A stretch of 64,000 nucleotides of DNA from Lama guanicoe (lineage: Eukaryota): the NCBI GenBank assembly GCA_013239625.1, contig MU054212.1, positions 248,001 to 312,000 on the forward strand. Direction: 5' to 3'. Made by a program: the position numbers and the translations under genes. Below are positions 38,931 to 51,300 of this stretch, piece after piece; the stretch's first letter is position 1, and each line of letters begins with the position of its first letter. Under the pieces are notes generated by a model that worked only from the letters and a program-made list of their open reading frames with translations, was not told the DNA's origin and searched no databases.

Positions 38931-39065
38931 GGGGAGGGTATAGCTTAAGTGGTAGAGTACATGCTTAGCATGCATGAGGTCCTGGGTTCAGTTCCCACTA
39001 CTTCCATTAAAAAGATAATTAAATTTAAAAAATAAAAAAGAAAGATATTCCTAACTCTTTAAAAA
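38931..39065 (+). mobile_element. tRNA-derived short SINE (camelid Vic-1-like) with perfect 13-bp TSD
   Basis: ggggagggtatagcttaagtggtagag...gtcctgggttcagttccc, A-rich tail, TSD AAAAATGGCGCCA at 38918-38930 and 39066-39078. Confidence 0.92.
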
Positions 39066-39169
39066 AAAAATGGCGCCACATTCAGGTTTGCAGGCACGTT
39101 GTCTCTAAATCAAAGAACAATCATTCTCATGTTGTCCTATTTCACAGTGTGGGGGGAGGGGCAAAACCC

Positions 39170-41380
39170 AGAAATCTTCGTAATTCATTCTACAATTCTA
39201 TTATAATACTAATGCCAAAACTTGGTAAAGATATTCCAATAAAGAAAACTATCATGCTTACAGTTAATAAAAATTTTAGAATCTGAAACCAGATAGTAAC
39301 AAATCAAATCTAATATTATGTTGGAATACTTTATTCCATGACCAAGGAAAGCTTGTTCCAGAAAATCAAGATGTTCCAATTTTAAGAAATACATTCGTGG
39401 AATTTATTAATTAAAAAATTAAAGAAGTGAATAAGGGATTATATGAATACAAGCCCCCCAAAATGGAAATATTGGAACAGATACTCCCGAGCTTAAAAAA
39501 AAAAACTCACATCTGAAATAAGTGTGCTTTACTGTACAGAAATTATACCACGATAAAGTTGTTTAAAAAAAACTCTATAAAATAAGAAGTTTCTAAACTT
39601 AATAAATATATTAAATACATCAATAAATATTGGAAGGAAGAAAAAATAATTATTTGCAGAGTATTTAGCACATACCTGGAAAATACCAAAGACTCAACTG
39701 AAAAGCCATTGACCCTAAAAAGAGCATTTAGTAAGTTGACTAGATATATTAGCCCTGATAGGTTAGAAAAGAAAATGGGGGGTAGGAGGAGATAGCTAGA
39801 ATCTATTCAAAATAATAACAAAACCTAGAAATACATTTAACAATAAAGATATAAGATCTATTGAAAATACAGAAAAAATGAAACACATTATAATCCTAGG
39901 ATGTGAGGAGGGAAAGAATTAATAACATTAAAAAGTCTATTATTCTCAAGCTAATGTATAAATTTAATGTAATATCAATTATAATCCCGAAGTATGATTT
40001 CGTTTTTGAAACAAGGATGGGGCAGAGGTTGGAACTACATTAAAAAAATTCTTAAATTCACCAGGAAGAATAAGTGTAGAATAATTCTCTAAGAAAATTC
40101 TGAAAAAGAATAGTGAAGATGGGACAAACCTGCCAGATATTAAAACTACCATAAGGTTTGTGTAAACAAGTAACTATGGTACAGAAACAGTACAGGAAAG
40201 TATATCAATGGAACAGACTTTAGAACAAATTGAAGTATATTCAGAAATTTAATATTTAATAAAAACAGCACTTCAATTCAATGTGAAAAGATGTATATTC
40301 TTAAAAAAAAAAACTAGAGTTGGGACAAATGGCTATCCATGTAGAAGAAAATAATATTAAATCCTAAAATAAATTTCAGGCATAAGGAAGTAAATGAGAA
40401 AAAACTACATAAATATATTTTAAATGGTAAAATATTTTCATAACCTTGAGATGTAGATTTTCCTAAACAAGATAAGAAACTCAGAAGCCATAAAGAGAAA
40501 AAACAGAATACTGACCACACAAAAATCTGAAATTTCTTTACAGAAATTTCTCTGTAGGAAATTGTTTGGGTGGAGGGATAAATTGGGAGTTTGGGATTTG
40601 CAGATACCAACTACTATATATACAAAATAGATAAACGACAAGGTCCTACTGTGTAGCACAAGGAGCTATATTCAATACCTTATAATAGCCTATAATAAAA
40701 AAAGAATATGAAAATAAATATATATATGTACAACTGAATCACTATGCTGTACACTAGAAATTAACACAAAATTGTAAACCAACCATACTTCAATAAAAAA
40801 TTTAATAAAATATATAAAGAGCATCTATAAATCCGTTAAGAAAAATGGCAAAATATTTGAATAGGTGCTTCACACTATTCAATGGCTAATCTGCATATTA
40901 AAAAGATACCCATCTTCATTAACCAATAGGGGAATTCAAACTGAAACCACACCAAGCCATCGTTTTCTGCTCACTGGATTGGCAAAGATTAAAAACAATA
41001 TCACATATTGGTAAAGAAACAAAAGGCACACATACTACACTGGAGCAGAATGGAAACTGATCTAGACACTTTGGAAAATTGAAGATGTATACATTCCAGA
41101 GAACCAGTAATTTTACTTCTAGAGCAAATCTTGAATAAGGAGACGTATCTAGAATGTACATAGCATAGTACGGAAGTCTGAAATAGTAAAATCCTGGGAA
41201 AAATTGCTTACATAAACAATGTAAAAACACAACAAAAGAAAGACAAAGGGTTAAGTTTTCTAATATAGTCAATCCATTTCTGGGGTGGTAGATGAATGGA
41301 GAGAGAAACAATCATTTCTTATTTTATATTCTTTTCAGTATTGGAATTATGGGTGACTTTTACTTTTTGAGGTTGTTCAG
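39170..41380 (+). mobile_element. Degraded old L1 ORF2/3' region
   Basis: A-rich strand with ctggaaaataccaaagactcaac, tgggacaaatggctatccat and aaactgaaaccacac. Confidence 0.7.
40560..40810 (+). mobile_element. Lineage-specific (artiodactyl-type) L1 3' end nested in old L1
   Basis: gggataaattgggagtttgggatttgcagata...actgtgtagcacaaggagctatattcaata...actgaatcactatgctgtacac...acttcaataaaaaa. Confidence 0.85.
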
Positions 41381-42658
41381 TAGTTTCCAAATAAAACTAA
41401 GAATAATTGCATTGGGAGCAGAAGCCAGATTATGATAGATTAAGGAAGCAAAGGGAATTGATCAAGTAAAAGAAAGTGGTGACAGGAAAGCACGAGATAG
41501 TGAAAGTGAGGAAAAGTATTTTTGCAGATATTTTTGCATCTAGAGGAGAAAGTGCCAGCAGAAAACAGACATCACAGATACAAAAGAGGGCAGGAATGAG
41601 ACCCAGGATATAGGTGGAGGAATTACTCTAAGATAAGGGAGATACCTCTTCCTATGAGGTGGGATGGGGTCTGCCACAGACAAGTCTTAAGGGAGACAGG
41701 AAGAGAACAGAAACGATGCCTTTCTGCTGATGGTCTCCACTTTCTCTTTGAAGAGGGAAAGACCATGAACACGTTGCTGGCTGAGAATGAGAAGAATGAA
41801 AAGGGATAGAATTCTTAAAGGAAGTAGTAGATTTTAAAATAGCTGCTGTGAAAAAAAAAATCACGCTGACCAAGGACAAGAAAGAAGGTCTCTGAACTTT
41901 GTGGAAGGCCTGCCTGGAGTTTGTATGAATACCAAACTGACCAGTCATCTAGTTTTCTCCAGCTGTATTCCTAAAACAGAGAGCAGAACACTAGAAGAAG
42001 GATTCACCTAGAGTGAAAGATTGATTGGGTGGCTGGCACGAACATGCAAGGGGTGGAAGAAATTGAGGACATTACCATGATTATCAGTGAAATCCAAGCC
42101 TGGTGGGGAATGAAATGAAGACAGGAGGATTAGCTAAACCAAGACGGTGACTCCCAAACTTAATTATGAACAGGAATCCCCTTCAGAGGAGTCCAAGGAC
42201 ATACTCTGAAAAATGCTAGTCTAGAAGAAGAGAAGTGCATTGAAGAGACCTAAGATTCCAAAGAGAGTCAAAAATATGGTACAGTAAGAATGTTCTGAAG
42301 GAAAATTGGGTGTGGCTTTGACCTTGGTGCATTTTCAGCAAAGGAAAGGAGTTTGAGTTTTCTTTGCATGCTGCTGCCACACATTAGATATCCTTCTCTA
42401 CTTTAATTTCACCACTAAAAAAAAGATTAAGGTGCTATTTTTCCCTCCTTGTATTTAGTTGAGGGTTAACTGTCATACTGAGAAGTTTGAGGGTTTTTTT
42501 TTTTAACTACAAAAAAGGTTTACTCCACTTGAGCCTGAGACCTAGAGAGATAATATACTCAGGAGACTTCCCAACCTAATGGTTTTCATCGTTAGGAAGT
42601 AGATGGAATTTTGTTTGTTGTGGCTTTGCTTTTTTGAAATATGGTTAATTATTGGAGC

Positions 42659-43058
42659 CGATAATAGTTAATTTAATGTGTCAACTTGACTGGGCTAAGG
42701 GATGACAGATAGCTGGTAAAATATTATTTCTGAGGGTATCTGAGGGTGTCTCTGGGAGAGATCAGCATCTGAATATGTGGACTCAGTAAAGAAGATGCCT
42801 TCATCAATGCAGGTGGGCATCATCCAGTCTGTAGAGGGCCCAAATAGAAGAAAAGGGAAGGGAAGGGAAAATTTGCTCTCTAAGCTGGGACATCCATCTT
42901 CTGCGCTCAGACATCAGTGCTCCTGGGTCTTGGGCCTTTAGACTCAGACTGAATTAAACCACCAGTTTTTCTGGTTCTCCAGCTTACAGATGACGGATCA
43001 TGAAGATTCTTGGCCTCCATAATCATGTGAGCCAATCCCTATAATAAATCTCCTCTTA
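42659..43058 (+). mobile_element. ERVL LTR (MLT2-type)
   Basis: gttaatttaatgtgtcaacttgactgggctaaggg...ggcctccataatcatgtgagccaatccctataataaatctc. Confidence 0.85.
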
Positions 43059-43060
43059 CA

Positions 43061-43190
43061 CAGTCTCCCTCGGTGTCCGCAGGGTGTTGGTTCCAGGACC
43101 CACCATGAATACCACATTTGAGGATGATCAAGTCCACAGTCGCCCTACATATCTGCGGTTCCAAATCCACAGATTCAACCAACATGGATC
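43061..43190 (+). mobile_element. Tigger/MER2-type DNA transposon fragment
   Basis: cagtctccctcggtgtccgcaggg...tggttccaggaccc...gaggatgatcaagtcc. Confidence 0.7.
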
Positions 43191-43465
43191 ATGTTGATTT
43201 ATACTATTGTGTTAATTTCAGATGTGTAGCACAGTGATTCTGATATATATATATATATATACACACATACATATGTATGTATATATATTTCTTCAGATTA
43301 TTTTCCATTATAGGTTATTACGAGATATTTAATATAGGTCCCTGTGCTGTACAGTAGATCCTTGTTGCTTATCTACTTCATGTATAGTAGTTTGTATCTG
43401 TTAATCCCATACTCCTAATTTGTCCCTCCCTTACACTTCCCTTTTGGTAACCGTAAGTTTGTTTA
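43190..43465 (-). mobile_element. Lineage-specific L1 3' end
   Basis: Reverse of the 40.6-kb element: ttttccattataggttattacgagatatt...ccctgtgctgtacagtag...tttggtaaccgtaagtttgtt. Confidence 0.85.
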
Positions 43466-44379
43466 AAAAATTATTCCCTCTGATGCCTTGGGAATGGGAA
43501 AATTTCTGACTTCCCTTAAGTGGTTCTCCCCCCTTGAATTTTCTCACAGTGTAGACAATCCATGTATTTAGAAATAGTTTAAGATGCATTTCAAGAGACT
43601 AGCCTAAATTTTCCATGACCAAATAAGTTTGAGAAAATCATATATTATATTTTCCTCTTAGAGATTTACAATGAAGGTTAGTTAATTTAAAGACTCAGAG
43701 AAGTCCTCCAGGGTTTTCCAAGTTAATTGAACACAGAACACATTTGTTCTTATAATGCCTATTAATACCCCATGAAAACACTTTGATAAACACTGATTCA
43801 GATCATGTCATCACAACGTCAGTTTCAGCATCAGTAGCATTTGTTGTTCAGGGCATTGTGTGAGGTACTGCTGGAGATACTGGATTGTAAGATACAATCT
43901 ATTCCCACAGATGATTATAATAAAGTTGAGCCAGAACACATAAATAAAGAGACAAATAATCATTTAAGGCACCATGGCATAAGTACCAAAAGGGTGGTCC
44001 AAACAAAAAGTGCAGCTAGGGTGCATAGGAGGCTGGATTGTTGTAAGCTAAGTGTTTGGGGAAGGTTCTAGTAGAGTATGAGGCTTGGGTTAATCCTTGG
44101 GAGAAAACACACACACACACACAGAGACAAAAATGTGGGTGGCATATTTGTAGGCAATGAGTGGACCAGTTAAGAGTTTGTTCAAGTAAGGTTAGAGTGC
44201 AACATACCCTGCTTCAATCTCTATAATAAGGATTTGGATTTTATTATACAGGCCAAGAGAGCTGTTGGAGGTCTTTGAGTGAAGAGGGAGCACTTCAGAG
44301 GCAAGTATATTTAGAGAAAGTTGTGCTCCCCTCAACAATTAGAACAAAAGTGTTTAAAAAGGCTTTCTTCTTTACCTTT

Positions 44380-44890
44380 GTCTTAGCATAGGCTCCCCCC
44401 AAAAGCAGAGCCTGAGACAAGGTCTGGTGTACAGGGACTTTATTTTGGGATTTGATCCCAAGGACCCAGAGCTGGAGACTGGGAAGAGTACAAGAGGGAA
44501 GAGGGGAGCCCATGAAGCCAAGCTCCCCACCACTGTGCGCAAATGAAGCTTGATCCCCTGGGACCCTCTAAGAGAACCATGAAGAATGCATCTCAGAATT
44601 GTTCATCCCAGACATGATAGAGAGAGGAATATTTATCTATCAACTCCCATCACCCTTTAATTAAGGGTTGTTCGCACATCTGAAGGTCCATATACGCCCC
44701 AGAGGCCCGAGTGGGTTTCTGCAGACACCCCACTTAGAGCAGGCAGAGCAGCCCCAGGGCAGAAAGCAAGAAATACACAGTGAGGCTAAGGCACAGGGCT
44801 GCCAAGTAGCGCCTGAATGTAGTTGGTGACCCCAACTATGGCCGGAGTTAAGAAAGATCCAAGAGGATGTCTACATAAGCAGTGTCACAA
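44380..44890. mobile_element. Old ERVL/MaLR LTR (LTR33/LTR16-like)
   Basis: Starts tgtcttag...aaaagcagagcctgagacaagg...tttattttggga...gatcccaagga and ends near ...tcaca. Confidence 0.55.
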
Positions 44891-45055
44891 CTTCCAAAGG
44901 AAGGTCAGTTCAGTCCAACACTTTATTTCCAGGTTCCTACCTGAGTCCTGAGTCCTTTTTCTTCAATCCTTTGCACCACGGCCCTTGCACATGTGATCAA
45001 CTCCAGGGTTTCTAGCATTGCTTTTTTGCCTCCTTCCATTTTCCCCTGTCATTCC

Positions 45056-45142
45056 AAAAAAAGGAAAGAAGGAAGGAAGGAAAGAAGGAAAGAAGGAAGG
45101 AAGGAACGAACAAACGAACGAAGAAAGGAAGAAAGAAAAAAA
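45056..45142 (+). repeat. Purine-rich (GAAG/GAAA/GAAC)n tract
   Basis: Direct reading. Confidence 0.9.
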
Positions 45143-45159
45143 GACAATGGCCAAATCTT

Positions 45160-45357
45160 GATACAAATGGACTTATTTACAAAACAGACATAGAAAACAA
45201 ACTTATAGTTATCAAACAGGAAGCAGGGGGGAAGGATAAATTGGGAATTGGGTATAGCACAGAGAACTATATTCAATATCTTGTAAAAATGGAAAAGAAT
45301 ATAATGGAATGAGTCTAGAATGGAATGAATCTATAATGGAAAAGAATCTGAAAAAAA
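45160..45357 (+). mobile_element. Short L1 3'-UTR insertion with 14-bp TSD
   Basis: TSD aa(tg/ca)gccaaatctt at 45146-45159 and 45358-45371; body tatagcacagagaactatattcaatatcttgta. Confidence 0.8.
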
Positions 45358-45383
45358 AACAGCCAAATCTTTTGCTTCAACTT

Positions 45384-45387
<4 letters not shown>

Positions 45388-45430
<43 letters not shown>
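45388..45430 (+). repeat. (AC)21 microsatellite
   Basis: Uninterrupted AC repeat. Confidence 0.97.
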
Positions 45431-45432
<2 letters not shown>

Positions 45433-46643
45433 AATTTTCAGAGCTGTTTAATAAGGTACATTTAATGGCAAAAAGACCACCAGAAGTTCCCAAACAAGAT
45501 GTGCATACTCTGTACGTAAAAACTAACTTCCATAAGAAATTTTTCAATAAACGTTTACACTTCTAGGACAGTTCTGCAACTCCAACAAGAACAAACAAAA
45601 ACACTAACGTCACAGAGCCATACTTGAAGACATGGTTCTTCAAAACTGCCACAACTAGCAACATTCATCATCCATTAATCCAACAAATATTTTTTGAAGA
45701 CCTACTATGAGCCAGGTACAGTTCTAAGCTCTGGGAATGAAGTTTAATAGACTAAGTCTCTGTGCTCATGAAATTTATAATCTTGTTGCAGGGGAAATAT
45801 ACAAATAAATATTTATATGTTGGTGGTAACAGAAACTATTGGGGGGAAAAACAGTATAAGGGAATAAAGGATTGCCAGATTAGAAATGGAAGGATGGATG
45901 TTATTTTATATAGCATGAGTTATAAAATGTGACACTCGAGCAGAGGTATGAAGGAAATGAGGGGATAAGCCATATGAATACATGGGTAAGAAACATACCA
46001 GACATCAATAAAACAGGTACCTAGACCATGAGGCAAAGTATTCTTGGTCTGTCCAGGGAAGAGGGAGGCCAGTGCAGCTACAGTAGAGAGAGCAAGGCAG
46101 AATGTAAAAGGTGAAGGGTCAAAGAGGTAGCCTGTAGTATATGGGGTATGACATAGAGCCCCAGAGACCATTATAAAACTTCAGCTTTTACTCTGATTGA
46201 AACAGGAGGTCACTGAAGGATTTTGAGCAGAGGAGTCATATGATAAACGTATGTTTTTAAAGGATTATTCTGTTTACTATGGAGAATAGATGTAGTGCAC
46301 TGGGGCAGAAGCGAGGAGGTCAGTTAGGAAGGTAGGTTAGAGATGATGATGGCCCAGATGAGGATAGCAGTGGGTTTCCTGAGAAATGGCAGGATTCTAA
46401 TTATATTTTACATAGTTACAGGATTGGCTGATGGCTTGGATGTGCAATATAAGAGAAAGTGAGGATTTTCAAAATGACTCCAAGGTTTTTGACCCGAACA
46501 ACTAGAAGAATAGAGCTGTCGTTTAAGAGGACTAGGAGGATTGTGGACTTGGGGTTGGAGAAAATTAAAAGCTCAGTTTAGGGCATATTAAGTATGAGGT
46601 ATTTGTTAAACAAGTGGGGATGTTAAATAGGCAGTTGAACATA

Positions 46644-48265
46644 AGCAGTTGTCTCACTGCATGATTCTGAAACTTACAAATTTCAGTTATCACAGTTTCA
46701 TTAAGTAAAGGCAGTCCTCCAACAATGTGGTTCAAATTCCAGTTACCCACAGTGTATTAACTCTGAGTAACTTCACTGCTTCCTTGGCCTACAAATCACC
46801 ACACAGGTACCAGGTGCAGGTCATGATCAGTGACCATGTCACTTCTTTCAGAGTCTGCCTGTGATTGCTTGCTGCACATCTTTTATTTGGTTCCCACACA
46901 GACTGCAAAATGTGTTGTTGTGTTGCCTCCTTGTCTCCCAGTGATAAACCCATACGACATTTCACCAAAATGGGTACTCAAAAGAGAAAATTTGCCAACA
47001 AAGATGAAAGTATAGCAAAGAAAAAAGTGGTAACTGTGGAAGTGAAATTTGAATCACACATAAATGGAGTTATAAGCAGCACTATTTACAATAGCCAAGA
47101 CATGGAAACAGACTTAATGTCCATCAACAGATGACTGGATAAAGAAGATGTGGTATTTTTATACAATGGAATACTATTCAGCCATTAAAAATGACAACAT
47201 AACACCATTTGCAGCAACATGGATGTTCCTGGAGAGTGTCATTCTAAGTGAAGCAAGCCAGAAAGAGAAAGAAAAATACCATATGAGATCACTCATATGT
47301 GGAATCTAAAAAAAAAAAAAAAAGAACTTAAATACCAAACAGAAACAGATTCGTAGACATAGACTACAAACTTGTGGTTGGCAAGGGCAAGGTGGGTGGG
47401 AAGGGACAGACTGGGATTTCAAAATTTGTAGATACTGACAGGCATATGCATAATAAACAAGATTATACTGTATAGCACACGGAAATATATACAAGATCTT
47501 GTGGTAGCTCACAGCAAAAATGAATGTGATAATATGTATGTTCATGTATAACTGAAAAATTGTGCTTTACACCGGAATTTGACACAACGTTGTAAAATAA
47601 CTATAACTCAATAAAAAATGTTTTTAAAAAACATAAACAGAGTTATAGAAGGAATAGCTGACCTGGCAGTGTTGTCCCTTCTACCATTCAAGAGACTCTA
47701 CACACGCAGCCACAGGTGCCTAGTGAAGGCAAGCTTATGGACACAAAGGAGGAAAGCAGCTGTAGTGAAAAGGATGACGGTGTCCCAGGGGAGATGATCC
47801 TGGCGAAAACCTTCACATTAGAGAATCTCTTGGAGATATTTCACAGCGTTGAAAGCAGAGGCTAAAATATTGGAAGCTGATCCAGACTTAGAAAGGACTA
47901 TGATAATTCGCCAAGGCATAGAAGAGATGCTGGCTCTGTACCATGTTATACAACAAGAAGAAAGCAAGCACGGGTCAGACACTTCTTGGTAAGTATTTTA
48001 CGAAGAAATAAAACACGAATTCTCAATGTTTCTAATATTTCAAATTAGTGTACTAATCTAAATGAAGACCAGTTTTAAATATCAGGGGTCTTTTTTCATT
48101 TCCCTATACATTTATAACTGACAATAAGAGTTTTTACTTTTTGACCACATTTTGAAGGTTCCAGAACAGTCCCAATTTTTCTCATTGATTATTAAGAACA
48201 CTTTGCCCAGTTTCAGTTTGCATGGTCATTTTTATGGTTCCACACTGTAAAGTGAGGACTGCCTG
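46644..48265 (+). mobile_element. Tigger-type (Tc1/mariner) element, Tigger13-like
   Basis: Right TIR gtgaggactgcctg|ta, degraded left TIR ta|agcagttgtctcac, TA target duplication, transposase-like remnant (KRKFANKDESIAKKKVVTVEVKF). Confidence 0.7.
47075..47630 (+). mobile_element. Young lineage-specific L1, 5'-truncated, 17-bp TSD
   Basis: gcagcactatttacaatagccaagacatggaa...caataaaaaa; TSD acataaa(tg/ca)gagttata at 47058-47074 and 47631-47647. Confidence 0.92.
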
Positions 48266-49020
48266 TATGTGAATTTGGAATTTAGGAGAAGAGGTCCAGG
48301 CTGGAGACATAAATTCGTGAATTATCACTGGATAGATGATCTTCCAGGATGAGATCACCTTGAGAGTGAGCGTAGATATAGAAGAGGTCTAAGGACTGGG
48401 CCCAGGGGAACTCCAATGACTTGAGTTGAGGGAAACGAGGAAGAAGCAACAAAGAAAGCTGACAGGGAGTACTAGTGAGCTAGAGGGAGAACTGGGAGAG
48501 AGGCGTCCCAAAGTCAACAAAGGGCTTCAAGGAAGGTTTAATCAACTGTGCTTCTGGTGAGACAAGCAAGACAATACCTAGGAATCGACTGTGGTCTTTG
48601 GTGGGCAAGATGAAAGCTGCTGGTGCCTTGGCAAGAGCTGGTTTCAGTGAAGTGATCAGAGGAAAGCCTGATTAGTGAGTTCAAGAGAGAATGGGGGGGA
48701 AAGGAAACGGAACAATGACTACAGACTGCCCCTCTGAGGAGATTCTCTGTCGGTAGCTAGACTAGGATGTGAGTCCAGGGAACTGCCTTTTTAAGACAGA
48801 CATTATCACAGAACGTTTGTATGCTAACATAATTAACTAGAGCTGATACCAGGAGATGTTGATGCCAGAAGAAGGGACAATTATTAAGCAGTGTCCTTGA
48901 AAGAGGGTAATGTCTCACACTCAAGCTTTCCCTGGACTGGGACATGGCCCAACAAGAGGGCCAGACTCTGGATTCTTCAGGATTGTGTTGCCTCAACTAT
49001 GAACTGAGAATGGACTAGAC

Positions 49021-49193
49021 CAGAGGTTCTCAAAATGGGGTCCCCAGACCAGCAGCATCAGCATCACCTTAGAATTTTGTTTAAAATGCAAGTTCTCAGG
49101 CTTCATCCAAGACCTACTGAATCAGAAACTCCAGAGGTGGGCCCAGCAGTTCCCCCCTGGGATTCTGATGCATCCTAAGTTTTAAAATCACTG
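49021..49193. mobile_element. MER5A hAT-Charlie element
   Basis: cagaggttctcaaa...accagcagcatcagcatcacc...cctactgaatcagaaact...aatcactg. Confidence 0.85.
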
Positions 49194-50713
49194 GAACAGA
49201 TGATCTTTGAAGTATCTTCTGACTCCATCTTCTGTAAACCATGTACTTCAATAAGCTATTCCTTCCAACATCTATTAATTAAGTTTTCATTATACCAAAG
49301 TACTATTTTCAAGTAAAAGTTCAAGAACCCAAGCTGTTTTCTCATTTTTGTCAGTCCCCAAAAGCCAAACATCTGTGTTCAGCCTCCACAAACATTGAGA
49401 ACATTTATGCATCTTAAAACCATGTTTATTCTGATTTTTAACACAACTTTTTCATGGTGGAGTATTCAACTTACTTTTGAGGGCATCAGTAAAGACTGCA
49501 TTTTCCTGTCATTTTTTATACTATTATAAGTGTAGTTTTTAATGAAAAGTCTTTGGGAATTAAAAGCTATTGCTCTCGAGATGTTTGGCATTGTTTTGTA
49601 TTGCTTGAAGTACACTTTTCCCCAGGAGCAGAGCAGACAAGGAAAGACAGGTGACATTAATCCCGTCCCACACTGTTGTTCTCTGTGAACTTGGGTCTCT
49701 CCAGCCACACACTTGGAGGAAATTCCATACAAACAGAGGAAGCCAGACTCTTTCTGGGAGAACTCAGTAGCTGACTTACTACGTTAGACATTGATGCCTG
49801 CTAAAGATAAAACCTGGGAAAAGACCTCAGGTCCTATTCTCCATTGTTGCTGCCTGGGCCAGTGTGTATGTCTGAACCATGCACATTTCCCTGGGTGGGG
49901 GGGCGCCATCAGCGTGCAGCTGTCTGTGACAGGACTGCTGATGTTTACAGTAGCAAGTTAGCACTGCTTTATGCCAAATCATGTTGTTTCTTATTTTAAA
50001 GATGAGAACAATTCCTTCTCCTCCCCGCTCCATTGTTATTTGGTTTACTAGGCTTGCAGGAGAAGGAAGCAGTAAATTACTAAAGCAAAAAAGTGTAGGT
50101 CTCACCAGGGTGTGCTCCTCAAATCTGGATGAAGCTTAGCATACCAGTCTGATGTGATGACAGGGAAAACAGGTCCTCTCTGCTTTGTGGTAAGTTGGTT
50201 TGGGGAAATGAAATAAAAGTCGTTAGACACTTTCCTGTGTCTGTGTCCACACCTTTCTAGAAGCTCCAAGTCAAGCCAGCTGTCCCAGTGCCTAGTTTGA
50301 TGGCTCCAGAGAGCCAGCTGGTTAGGGAGCAGTAAGGACCCTCTGGCCAAGGAGAACACACTCAGTACCAGCAAGCCCTCTTTCAAAGGTTTCCCAAAGT
50401 CCTTTTCTTATTTAATTCCGTTAGTTAATATCACATTCTCCTATCAGTATCTGTTAATAATGATGTAGTTTGGTGGGGAGGGAGGAAGGGGAGAATAAAT
50501 ATTTCCTCAATCCTAAAAGTAAAAGAAAGGAAGATTTACCTTAAAGCACAAATGATTTTCAAACCACATCTATAGAAAGCCAGTATTTTGAAAAGGACAG
50601 CAGATGCATAAATAACTTACCTATAGTTAGAATAGATAATCTACTTCCTCTATTCAACCATCCTTCTGTGAACACTGTCACTTTCTGCCTGGCTCAGCCA
50701 CCTCCCTCTACAT

Positions 50714-51300
50714 TAGTGGTTCTCAACCCTAGCTGCACACTGGAGTCACCTAAAGAGCTTCAAAAATTACTGAGGCTTGGGCCCCACCCGCAAAGATTCT
50801 GAGGATTCATAAAAGCTCTCTTTAGGTGGTTCTAAAACGTAATCAAAGTGGAGACCCTGCTCTGATGCCTACCACTCTTCTCCCCTCAGCTCCCCATCTG
50901 CCTTTCAAGACCAGCACCTCGGGTTACCCCTTCCCCAGGGAAGGACAAGATAATAAAACACACCTAGTAATTCTCAGGGCACAGATTCCCAAATTGCCTC
51001 ATGTAAGAATCACTCAGAGCACTTAGCAAAACGTACACATTCCTGGGTTCCTCCACTGGAGATTCTGATTTAATTCTGGGACAGAACCTGGAATCTGTAT
51101 TTGCCCCCATGCAGTTCATATGAATAGTAAAGGTTGGGAAACACTATTTCAGGACTTTTCTACTCAAAGAGAGGTCCACAAACTAGCAGCATTGGCATCA
51201 CCTGGGAGCTTGTTAGAAATGCAGTATCTTAGACCCCATCCCAGACCCACTTAAACAGAATTCACATTTTAACAAAATCTCAGATTATTCATATCACATT
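50714..51300. mobile_element. Three adjacent MER5-family elements (about 50714-50858, 50966-51147, 51150-51300)
   Basis: Recurring motifs tagtggttctcaac, ggagattctgattt, gttgggaaacacta and cagcattggcatcacctgggagcttgttagaaatgcag. Confidence 0.7.

Larger units (their letters stand above)
45660..48740 (-). mobile_element. Long L2 LINE hosting a Tigger and an L1
   Basis: Tail caacaaatattttttgaagacctactatgagccagg; L2 motif aggcagttgaaca|ta...ta|tgtgaatttgga continues across the insertion. Confidence 0.85.

Noticed and set aside
38931..39005. tRNA-like sequence (also 13.3 and 32.7 kb)
   Set aside because: A-rich tails, TSDs and broken stems indicate SINEs, not tRNA genes.
44963..45566. Low-complexity ORFs (PSF/RKE/HT repeats)
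   Set aside because: Translations of the GA-rich tract and (AC)n microsatellite.
46865..47134. Transposase-like ORF
   Set aside because: Short chimera of a Tigger remnant and an L1 insertion; no evidence of a domesticated gene.
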